Both the position numbers and the translations under genes were made by a program. This document shows, piece by piece, positions 39,447 through 50,294 of a DNA stretch of 50,294 bases. The notes below the pieces were generated by a model. The model searched no databases and was not told the DNA's origin. It was given only the letters and a program-made list of their open reading frames with translations. Position 1 is the stretch's first letter. Each line of letters starts with the position of its first letter. Source of the DNA: an uncultured Candidatus Saccharibacteria bacterium (lineage in GTDB: Bacteria; Patescibacteriota; Saccharimonadia; Saccharimonadales; JAGQNJ01); assembly GCA_965231045.1 (NCBI GenBank), contig OZ246406.1, positions 1 through 50,294 of the forward strand, given 5' to 3'.

Positions 39447-40004
39447 ATGAAACAACAGGTTATATTAGCCTCAGGCTCACCACGAAGAAGGGAATTATTA
39501 CAGAAAGTTATTCCTGACTTTACGGTTGTGCCACCTGATATCGATGAAGTTATAGACCCCAATTTACCAATTGGTAAGGCAATCGAGAAGTTGGCTTTGG
39601 ATAAAGCTAAGTCCGTTTCAGCACGCTATCCTGAAGCGATGGTTATAAGTGGCGACACAATTGTAACGCTCAAACATAAGATCTTACTTAAACCGGTAGA
39701 TGCTAACGACGCAAAGAGTATGCTTAGAAGTCTCAGTGGCCAAAAACAAGAGGTAATAACAGGCGTTGCAATCGTTAACATGGGTGGTCGTACAATATCG
39801 TTCTTTGAGGTTACTCGGATGAAGTTTCGTGAACTATCAGATAAAGAGATAGGAGACTATGTGGCAACCGGAGAGCCTCTAGATAAAGCAGGGGCATATG
39901 CTGTTCAGGGTGGGGCAAAGGACTTTATAGAAACTATTGAGGGTGATTTTGATAATGTCGTAGGGCTGCCAATAAAAAGAATACAACAGGTATTAAACAG
40001 CTAG
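39447..40004 (+). CDS. maf: Maf family nucleotide pyrophosphatase
   Basis: ILASGSPRRRELL, GDTIV, DKAGAYAVQG, NVVGLP. Confidence 0.95.
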   Translation: MKQQVILASGSPRRRELLQKVIPDFTVVPPDIDEVIDPNLPIGKAIEKLALDKAKSVSARYPEAMVISGDTIVTLKHKILLKPVDANDAKSMLRSLSGQKQEVITGVAIVNMGGRTISFFEVTRMKFRELSDKEIGDYVATGEPLDKAGAYAVQGGAKDFIETIEGDFDNVVGLPIKRIQQVLNS

Positions 40005-40106
40005 CCGTATAGTACTAATTATCTAGTTGGCTTATTTGACCTTTGCTTAAGTATTGTTTATGCTACGTGTATTAGTTGGCTAAAAGCCAGAAGTGTGAGA
40101 GGGTAC

Positions 40107-40808
40107 ATGGAAGAAATTAAAGTTAAATATAATGATGACTCGAAAGATAGTACTTCTTCGAAGTCTAAAAAGTCAAAAAAGCGAAGTGGCAAAGCGATAA
40201 TAGGAGTATTAATTCTTGTAATACTGCTTCTTGGGGCGGGACTTGCTTTCTATTATCAGAAATACCAAAAAGTTAAGAAAAATCCTGATATAGTAACCAA
40301 AGAAGAAACACAAGCAATCGTTGAAAAAGTTGGTAAGTTAATCGATTTGCCAAAGGATGAAACTCCAACCTTAGCGACTATTCTTGATAAGGAAAAATTA
40401 AAAGATCAGGCGTTTTTTAATAACGCTAAAAATGGCGATAAGATTCTAATATATACAAAGGCGCAGAAGGCGATTATTTATAGGGAAGCTGACAATAAAA
40501 TCATTAATGTTGGACCAGTAACATTGAACCAAAGTAATCAGGTGCTTATATCTGTAGTAAATGCAGGTGGTAATACTGCTGATGCTCAAAAGAAGGTTGC
40601 CGAAAAATATGGAGCAGTCGTCAACGTTGTTCAGTCGGGCGATGCCAAGAATAAGGCTGCAATCAAGAAAACAGTAGTAGTTGATACGACAGGCCGTTTT
40701 AGTAAAGAGTCGCAAGAAATTGCCGACATGCTTGGTGGAAGTGTTGGTCAAACCCCAGCAGGTGAGTCTGTTCCTGAAGGCGCAGCGATAGTAATCTTTG
40801 TAAAATAA
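40107..40808 (+). CDS. Single-pass membrane protein with C-terminal LytR_C-like domain
   Basis: KR-rich N-terminus, TM IIGVLILVILLLGAGLAFYY; SVVNAGG...GDA...KTVVVD...IADMLGG pattern. ATG 40107 follows GAGAGGG. Confidence 0.65.
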   Translation: MEEIKVKYNDDSKDSTSSKSKKSKKRSGKAIIGVLILVILLLGAGLAFYYQKYQKVKKNPDIVTKEETQAIVEKVGKLIDLPKDETPTLATILDKEKLKDQAFFNNAKNGDKILIYTKAQKAIIYREADNKIINVGPVTLNQSNQVLISVVNAGGNTADAQKKVAEKYGAVVNVVQSGDAKNKAAIKKTVVVDTTGRFSKESQEIADMLGGSVGQTPAGESVPEGAAIVIFVK

Positions 40809-40825
40809 AGCCTTATTATGACTTG

Positions 40826-40850
40826 TTGTACCTGTATATAACAGGTACAA
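40826..40850. promoter_or_regulatory. Perfect inverted repeat overlapping a promoter
   Basis: TTGTACCTGT-ATATA-ACAGGTACAA; TTGTTG-N17-TACAAT overlaps it. Confidence 0.7.
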
Positions 40851-40877
40851 TATTTTCAATAAGCATAAGGGGAGCAG

Positions 40878-41711
40878 GTGCTGTTTAAATCAAAGTTTAC
40901 TAAGCCGGGCGTAGTAGGTATTTTAACGAGTTTCTGCCTGTTATTTACATTGTTTACACCTATGATCGCAACTGCCTCCAGTGTGGTTTCTCAAGGATTC
41001 AAGGTAAATGGACAACTTAGTTCAGGTCAAGCTGTATCACTTAACGGAGATACATTGTCCCAAGCTACACCCGAAAATCAAAACCAACTCTACGGGGTTG
41101 TAATTAGCCAGCAAGATGCGGCTATTAGTTTGTCTAGCGGGGGTAACCAGGTTCAGGTAGTTACAAGTGGCCCAGCGTCTGTCATAGCGTCGGATATTAA
41201 CGGAGATATAAAAACGGGTGATCAGCTTGCCGCTTCACCGATTAGCGGTGTAGTAATGAAGGCTACCGAAAACGGTAAGTCATTGGGTGTTGCTCAGCAA
41301 GACATGAGCTCCCTAAGCTCCTCATATAAAAAACAGACGGTAAAGGCCAAAAACGGCACCACGAAGTCGGTTAATGTGGTGCTGCTAGCCGCTATTGTTA
41401 ACATTCACGATTATCAAGCAAATGCACCAAGTACACCAGCAATATTACTACCATTACAAACTGCTCTTTCAAATAGTATTGGTCGACAAGTATCTACGGT
41501 AAGGGTAATTATTGCTATGGCAATTCTATTGGTAACACTTATTGCCGTTCTAGTGATTTTATACGCGGCATCATCTAGCAGTATTCGATCGGTGGGTCGT
41601 AACCCAACAGCTCAGCGAGCCATTATCGTTAGCATGTTACAGGTTATTGGCATCATTGCGCTTATTTTGTTGGCGGCGTTCGGATTAATAATGTTGATTA
41701 TTAGGGGTTAG
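40878..41711 (+). CDS. Exported membrane protein with C-terminal helix-GRNP-helix hairpin (paralog 2)
   Basis: Signal peptide; SDINGDIKTGDQLAASPISGVVMKA; SVGRNPTA at 41589-41612; stop 2 nt before the alpha-like gene. Confidence 0.8.
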   Translation: MLFKSKFTKPGVVGILTSFCLLFTLFTPMIATASSVVSQGFKVNGQLSSGQAVSLNGDTLSQATPENQNQLYGVVISQQDAAISLSSGGNQVQVVTSGPASVIASDINGDIKTGDQLAASPISGVVMKATENGKSLGVAQQDMSSLSSSYKKQTVKAKNGTTKSVNVVLLAAIVNIHDYQANAPSTPAILLPLQTALSNSIGRQVSTVRVIIAMAILLVTLIAVLVILYAASSSSIRSVGRNPTAQRAIIVSMLQVIGIIALILLAAFGLIMLIIRG

Positions 41712-41713
41712 CC

Positions 41714-43131
41714 GTGGATGTGAGTGCAAGATTTTCAAAGCTAATTAAAGAAGGAAAACCACATGCAAAGGTGTTGGCGGTACAAGACAATCTGGTTATT
41801 ACTTCGTCACTGCCTGGGGCTAAGGTTTATGGAAGTGTTCAGTTTGCCGAAGGTGCTAAAGGTGTTATTTGGCAAATTAACGATCATGGCTATGCTGTTT
41901 TACCCCTAAATAATCACACTGTAAGGCCGGATGAACCAGTGGTCGTAAAAACTGATGAACTGTCACTTGGCGTTGGAAAAGAGCTGCTGGGCAGAGTTGT
42001 TAATCCGATAGGGCAAGCGCTTGATGGGCGAGGCTATATTGAGCCTACCGCACATGTGCCATATTTTAGGGCGGCACCAAGCTTCGGAGAGCGTGAGGAG
42101 CTTACAGAACAACTAGAAACGGGTATTACTATGGTTGATACACTGCTGCCGGTTGTTAAGGGCCAACGTATTGCAATAATGGGTGACAGTAAGTCTGGTA
42201 AAACTGGTTTTTTGAGCCAAGTTGCGATACACCAAGCAAAGCAGGGTCGTGTGGTTGTATATGTTTTGGTTGCCAAGCGTCGCCAAGAGATGAATCGTTT
42301 GATTGAAAAATTTGCTAACAGTGAGCACATGGATAATATAGTACTCGTTGTCACAACCAGTTCAGACCCGCTGGCGCTCGGTGTGCTTGCCCCATATGCT
42401 GGCTGTGCAATTGGTGAGTACTTTTGGCATCATGGTCAAGACACGGTTGTCATCTATGATGATTTTACGTCTCAAGCGAAGCTATATAGAGAAATGTCAC
42501 TCATGCTTGGTAACAATCCAGGCCGTGAAGCATATCCGGGTGATATGTTTCATGTTCAATCGGCACTTCTTGAACGAGCAGGAAAGCTCAAAAGTAATGG
42601 CGCGAGCCAAACAGTGCTGGTGACTGGCTTAACCCCAGGTAATGATCTTACTGGCTATCAATCAACTAGCCTTATATCAATGACGGATGGACAGATTGTA
42701 TTTGATACCAACTTATTACAGACCGGAAGACAACCAGCTATTAATAGTGGACTTTCAGTTAGTCGTATTGGTGGACGTGTCCAGGATGCAAAAAAACAGG
42801 ACCTCGTGCAATCAATTATCAAGCAGCTTTCCGATTATAAAAGTGCAAAAGAGTACAGTAGATTTAATGATCAATCTAGTGAAATTATTGAGCGTGAGAT
42901 TCTATTGGGTGAACAGATTCAAGAAGCCTTTAATCAGCGAAGTAATGAATGGTTTTCAATTGCTGAACAAACAGTACTTTTGAATGCGATACTTACTAAC
43001 AAAAGTAATAACGATCTAAACATAGAAAAATTAAAAGAACTTGTAAGAAAAAACTATAAAATTTTAGCTTCTGCAGATGAAAAAACGATCGATAAGGTAA
43101 CAAAAATCTTGGTAAAAGAGGGGAATAAATC

Positions 43132-43135
<4 letters not shown>
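41714..43135 (+). CDS. atpA: Divergent F1 ATPase alpha-like subunit
   Basis: GQRIAIMGDSKSGKT, GREAYPGDMF, LLERAGK, TDGQI, PAINSGLSVSRIGG. Confidence 0.9.
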
Positions 43136-45564
<2,429 letters not shown>

Positions 45565-45590
45565 AAAATGTGTTCAGCCGGACAATATAT

Positions 45591-45632
45591 TTTAATCTGT
45601 TAAAAGCATTGATTTAATCTGTTAAAAGCATT
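45591..45632 (+). repeat. Tandem 20-bp direct repeat in a promoter
   Basis: TTTAATCTGTTAAAAGCATT at 45591-45610 and 45613-45632. Confidence 0.9.
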
Positions 45633-45666
45633 ACAATTTTAATGTATAAAACAACTGAGGGAAGTT

Positions 45667-48600
45667 GTGGCTTTAAAAGCAAATAACGATCAAAAGAAGT
45701 CGGGGAACATCGATACACTTTCTAGCCGTTTGGCAAGAGAGAATATTCTTAATGAGTCCAATTTTGGCAAGAATTCTAGCGCCATGGAAACCCCGGTATC
45801 TGTCCAAGAGAAGAGGTACTTTAGATTACGGCTGTGGCACTATTTACTATTAGCTGCAGCAATCATTGCTTTAATTCTTTTGGGATGGGGCGCACGAAAG
45901 ATCTTTTTTTCGAAATCTACCAACGGCGTTCAGGGTGCAAGCGAGTACAACACTACCTCTCTTGATGTAAAGGGTTTGCAATCTTCGCAAGGGAGTACAT
46001 CTACAAATCAACTGGTTATCAATGGTGCAACAATTGTTAATGGTAATGTTGTGGCCCAAAATTTTTCAGGTAATGGCTCAGATTTAACTAATTTAAATGC
46101 CAGTAACATATCACTAGGTACGCTGAATAATGCTCGACTTAGCCCAGATGTTGCGCTGCTCGGACGAACTCAGAGCTTCACGGGCGGCAATAGCTTTACC
46201 GGATCTGTTAGTTTACCGGCAACAGTGACATTTGGCGGTCAGAAATATACTTTTCCAAGTGCCCAAAACGGAGGGTTTTTAAGGACTGATGGAAATGGTA
46301 ACTTGACTTGGAGTGCCAGTGGAGCTGGTGGCGGTGGCGGCTGTGTATCTCAGTGCGTTAATAATGGGGGTGATTTGTACGGTAGCAATATATCAATTGG
46401 ACCAAATGATCCATTCAGCATGTCATTAAGAACAAACGGCACTGATCGCTTAACAATTTCTCCTACCGGAGCGGCGGCATTCAGTGGAAATGTTACAGCG
46501 CCCTTCTTTTTTGGCAACGGATCTAATCTTAGCAATCTTGATGCGGGACAAATTACTACAGGCACGCTAAGCAACGCCCGTCTTAGTAACAGCGTTACTG
46601 TTCAAGGCAACACGTTTAATGGGGCTGATCAGTTGGTACAGTTAAACAGTCTTGGCTATTTGCCAACATTAAACGGCGGTAATTTAACAAGTCTAAATGC
46701 AAGCTTTGTTACAAGTGGCACACTGTCTGATGCGCGTCTTAGTGGTAACGCTGCGCTGCTCGATAATACCCAAGTTTTCACTGGTGCTAAAACATTCACA
46801 CAGCCAATAACAGTAAATACATTAACGCCAAATGCAGCAATGAGCATTGGAGCATCGGGGCAGAACCTTACATTACAAGGCAATGGGTCAACTAGCTGGA
46901 CGTCAACGAAGTCAGGCTTTACGACCACAGTAAACTTTACGGGTACACCAACAGGAGGTGTAGTTTACCAATTTGACTCTTCGGTTACGCCAGGAACTTA
47001 TACTATCTGTACTTCAGCAGGCTGTGGCGCCGGTGGCGGTGTTAATTCACCTGGAGGCACCGTTAACACGCTGGCTAAGTTTACCGGCGGGCAAATTATT
47101 GGCAATAGCACAATTACTGATAACGGGAGCATTATTACATTGGGAACACCAATTGTACGGGTTAATGGTGCGACCGGAAACTATGCCTTGGACGCAACAG
47201 GAGACATTAACGCTAGTCAATATTTACGTGTTGGTGGCAATATTGTCTGTGATAGTAGTGGTTGTATAGCTGGTGGAGGTGGCGGTGCATTTATAAATAA
47301 CTCCGTTCTTCAGCAAACTGGAGCTAACTTCTTCATACAGTCGGCTGGGGTAGGTAATGTAACGGGAATTATTAAGCAATTGGCAAGTCAATCAGCCGAT
47401 CTATTACAATTCCAAAATTCAGCTGGCAGTGTAATTGCCGATGTATATGCGAATGGGGCAATAAATTCCCAGGGCTATTATGTAGCTGGTGCAGCTCTAA
47501 ACAGCACCCATCTTAGTGATACAAGTAATATAGCTCGTTTAAGCCTTGGAAGTGTCCAGACATTCACGACCGATAATACATTTGCTGGAAACTTTATCGC
47601 CCAAAGATCAAGCAATTCAACTACTGCATTCAGAGTACAGAATTCTGGAGGGGCAGATGTTTTGGTCGCTGACACAACCAACAAACGAGTCGCGATTGCT
47701 GGCACTAGTGCGAGCTATCCACTAGACGTAACAGGTGATATTAACTCCAGTACTGGGCTAAGGGTTGGGGGCAATCTTGTCTGTGATAGCACCGGTTGTG
47801 CTGCATCAGGCAGTTCTGGCTATTACATTCAGAATGGTGTAGCCACTCAGGCAAACGCCAACTTTAATATAAAAACGGTTAGTGCAAATGATGTCGTGGG
47901 TATTTTGCAAGGCACAACTAGCCAGGCAGTTGATCTTTTCCAAATAAAGGATAGTCTTGGGACTAATTTGTTCAAAGTTGGGAATACCGGTCTTACAACA
48001 ATAAATAACGGCATTTCATTCACCGGGGGAAATCAAACAATTCAAAATAACACCGGTACATTGAATGTTGTTGCTAACAATACTACCTTTGCAATAAATA
48101 ATACGACCGTTATAACCAGCGGAGATGGCACGGGTATTCGTTATGCAGGCAACTATGCCTACCAACCATTATCATTGGTCACAAGGCAATATGTTGATGA
48201 TTCAATATCTGGAGTAGTTGCCGGTACCTGTCCAACATGCTTTGTTAATGGTGGAAATAGCTTTGGTACATCGGCAAGTGTTGGTACAAATGATAATAAT
48301 ACATTTACGATAGAGACAGCCAACACCTCAAGAATATTTCTTGGTACAAATGGGGGTGTGGCTATGCAAAGTTCTACGGCAAGCGGCAACTATGCTACTG
48401 CATCAGGGGCGTCATTAGCAAGCGGTGACTATTCGTTTGCAGTAGGTGGCGGTACTGCCAGTGGCCTAGAATCATTTGCTGGTGGTTACAATATCAATCC
48501 TATTACCGCTAGCGGACGTGGATCTATGGCATTTGGCTCAGCCGATAATGGCGCTATTACAGCAGCTGGAGTTGGCTCGGTAGCAATTGGTAATAATGTG

Positions 48601-50294
48601 CTTGCCAATACTGTATCGGGCAACTGGTCAACAGCAATTGGTGTGGGTGCTCGAGCAAATGGTACAGGGTCGATGGCAGTCAATGCTGGCCAAACAACGG
48701 GTGATTATTCATTTGCTGCTAATGCCGGTTCTACAGCCAGTGGCTTACAATCTTTTGCCATAAATAATGGAACAGCTAGCGGTGTGAATAGTTTTGCAGG
48801 AGGGTACAACGCTGGCGGTGGGGCAATCACGGCTGCTGGTAATGGCTCCATGGCCTTTGGCTATACAGGCAACGGCCCAATAACAGCCAATGGAGTTGGT
48901 TCGTTTGCGGGTGGTAACCAAACCTCAACTAGCGTCAATGGAATATACTCGATTGCATATGGCTATGGTGCCCAGGCAAACGGTAACTACTCGGCAGCCT
49001 TTAATGGGTCAACAGCGAGTGGTACAGGTGCAACAGCTATTGGAAGTACTTTAATCACGGCAAGCGGTACTTATTCTTTTGCTGGTGGATACGGTGCTTC
49101 GGCTATCAATTCTACTAGCAATGGTTCGTTTGCGTTTGGTAGGGCAGGTGGCTATACCATTGATGCTAATGGGGAAGGTTCGGTTGCACTTGGTTTTAGT
49201 AATGATGGTGCTATTACTGCTACAGGTGCTGGTTCATTAGCGGGCGGTAACAAATCTTCAACTGGCCTAAATGGAATTTACTCGATTGCATATGGCTATG
49301 GTACACAAGCAAACGGTAACTACTCGGCAGCCTTTAATAATGCAACCGCCAGTGGTAATGGCGCAACGGCTATCGGTAGTACATTAGTTACTTCTAGCGG
49401 AACATATTCTTTTGCGGGTGGGTATGCCCAAAGTGCAATTAGTTCTACTACTAACGGTTCGTTTGCGTTTGGTAGGGCAGGTGCTTATACCATTACTGCT
49501 TCTGGCGAAGGAGCAACTGCACTTGGTTTTTCTCGTGATGGCGCAATCCTAGCAAGTGGTCTTGGCGCCTTTGCAGGTGGTACCAATTCTACTGCAAGTA
49601 ATGAATTTGCCTTTGCGTATGGTACTGGAACTCAGGCAACGGGCGCATATTCGACAGCCTTTAATAACTCTGTTGCCAGTAATACTGGTGCCTTTGCCAT
49701 AAATAATGCAACTGCTAGTGGCGTGCTTAGTTTTGCTGGCGGAAGTAATGGCTCGCAGGCATATGCGCAAGATTCATTTGCCTACGGATATAATGCAAAA
49801 TCTAATAATATAAACGGAATAGCGTCAGTTGCTTTTGGACGCGATACTACTGCAAACGGGTCATATTCATTTGCTGCTGGTTATGGTGCCGCATCGAGTG
49901 GAGATGCCTCAGTAGCGTTAAACTATTCCAGTGCCAGTGGCCCTGGTGCTACATCTATGGGGAGTACATTGGTAAGCTCGAGCGGGGCTTACTCGTTTGC
50001 AGGTGGGTATGCCCAAAGTGTAATATCTGCCACCAATAATGGTTCACTAGCGTTTGGTAGATCTGGAGGTTATACCATAAGCTCTACTGGTGAAGGAGCG
50101 GTTGCATTTGGAGCATCGCGTGATGGCGCGATCCTGGCAAGTGGCTATGGTGCCTTTGCGGGTGGTACTGCTTCAACTGCCAGCAATGAATTTGCCATTG
50201 CTTACGGAAATGGTACGCAGGCCACAGGATTATATTCGGCAGCTTTTAACAATGCTCGTGCTACCAATACAGGGGCATTTGCAACCGGTAGCGG
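45667..50294 (+). CDS. Second giant membrane-anchored fibre/adhesin with YadA-like head repeats (>1540 aa, 3'-truncated by window)
   Basis: GTG 45667 after GAGGGA; MALKANNDQKK..., TM LWHYLLLAAAIIALILLGWG; CPTCFVNGGNSFG module; SFAGG/SVALG/SAAFN repeats. Frame spot-checked to the window end; absent from the ORF track, presumably because it has no stop in the window. Confidence 0.88.
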   Translation, partial: MALKANNDQKKSGNIDTLSSRLARENILNESNFGKNSSAMETPVSVQEKRYFRLRLWHYLLLAAAIIALILLGWGARKIFFSKSTNGVQGASEYNTTSLDVKGLQSSQGSTSTNQLVINGATIVNGNVVAQNFSGNGSDLTNLNASNISLGTLNNARLSPDVALLGRTQSFTGGNSFTGSVSLPATVTFGGQKYTFPSAQNGGFLRTDGNGNLTWSASGAGGGGGCVSQCVNNGGDLYGSNISIGPNDPFSMSLRTNGTDRLTISPTGAAAFSGNVTAPFFFGNGSNLSNLDAGQITTGTLSNARLSNSVTVQGNTFNGADQLVQLNSLGYLPTLNGGNLTSLNASFVTSGTLSDARLSGNAALLDNTQVFTGAKTFTQPITVNTLTPNAAMSIGASGQNLTLQGNGSTSWTSTKSGFTTTVNFTGTPTGGVVYQFDSSVTPGTYTICTSAGCGAGGGVNSPGGTVNTLAKFTGGQIIGNSTITDNGSIITLGTPIVRVNGATGNYALDATGDINASQYLRVGGNIVCDSSGCIAGGGGGAFINNSVLQQTGANFFIQSAGVGNVTGIIKQLASQSADLLQFQNSAGSVIADVYANGAINSQGYYVAGAALNSTHLSDTSNIARLSLGSVQTFTTDNTFAGNFIAQRSSNSTTAFRVQNSGGADVLVADTTNKRVAIAGTSASYPLDVTGDINSSTGLRVGGNLVCDSTGCAASGSSGYYIQNGVATQANANFNIKTVSANDVVGILQGTTSQAVDLFQIKDSLGTNLFKVGNTGLTTINNGISFTGGNQTIQNNTGTLNVVANNTTFAINNTTVITSGDGTGIRYAGNYAYQPLSLVTRQYVDDSISGVVAGTCPTCFVNGGNSFGTSASVGTNDNNTFTIETANTSRIFLGTNGGVAMQSSTASGNYATASGASLASGDYSFAVGGGTASGLESFAGGYNINPITASGRGSMAFGSADNGAITAAGVGSVAIGNNVLANTVSGNWSTAIGVGARANGTGSMAVNAGQTTGDYSFAANAGSTASGLQSFAINNGTASGVNSFAGGYNAGGGAITAAGNGSMAFGYTGNGPITANGVGSFAGGNQTSTSVNGIYSIAYGYGAQANGNYSAAFNGSTASGTGATAIGSTLITASGTYSFAGGYGASAINSTSNGSFAFGRAGGYTIDANGEGSVALGFSNDGAITATGAGSLAGGNKSSTGLNGIYSIAYGYGTQANGNYSAAFNNATASGNGATAIGSTLVTSSGTYSFAGGYAQSAISSTTNGSFAFGRAGAYTITASGEGATALGFSRDGAILASGLGAFAGGTNSTASNEFAFAYGTGTQATGAYSTAFNNSVASNTGAFAINNATASGVLSFAGGSNGSQAYAQDSFAYGYNAKSNNINGIASVAFGRDTTANGSYSFAAGYGAASSGDASVALNYSSASGPGATSMGSTLVSSSGAYSFAGGYAQSVISATNNGSLAFGRSGGYTISSTGEGAVAFGASRDGAILASGYGAFAGGTASTASNEFAIAYGNGTQATGLYSAAFNNARATNTGAFATGS

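Noticed and set aside
39447-40004. maf as part of the fibre/F1 system
   Set aside because: Housekeeping enzyme with its own -10 box; no evidence of functional linkage.
2870-40865. TAAGCA/TGCTTA hexamer seen in several promoter regions (2870, 3718, 26123, 30830, 40044, 40860)
   Set aside because: A 6-mer is expected many times by chance in 50 kb, and position relative to promoters is inconsistent; it would need a genome-wide enrichment test.
48925-50200. Repeat pairs as DGR template/variable regions
   Set aside because: Differences are not adenine-specific, both copies are in-frame coding, and no reverse transcriptase is in the window.

Overview
Chromosomal window from a Patescibacteria (CPR) bacterium, most likely Saccharibacteria/TM7. 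The lineage call is an inference from gene content: a DUF5663-like protein, class II RNR, short S1, giant surface proteins and code 11. 1-660 holds the 3' end of 23S, 5S and a terminator. 735-3638 is an accessory block of five unrelated genes separated by four same-orientation copies of a 16-bp core, AGGGGAAYTGTTGKGG, which looks like a cassette array. 3849-29694 is mostly housekeeping (ROK, rpsA, infB, fmt, def, priA, rpsU, yqeY, adk, map, ftsA, ftsZ, nrdR, nrdJ, T-box + ileS, rplU), plus a tail-anchored acidic protein and a membrane PP2C fusion. 29749-50294 is a single + strand locus. It contains two paralogous membrane proteins ending in a subunit-c-like GRNP hairpin with no carboxylate, a divergent F1-only alpha/gamma/beta/epsilon cluster with no a, b or delta, a LytR_C-like protein, and two giant membrane-anchored fibre adhesins. 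One adhesin carries a peptidase S74 chaperone; the other is missing from the ORF track because it runs off the window end. The two best candidates for undescribed systems are this F1-like ATPase/adhesin locus and the cassette-like array. All family assignments were made by eye from motifs; no searches were run.
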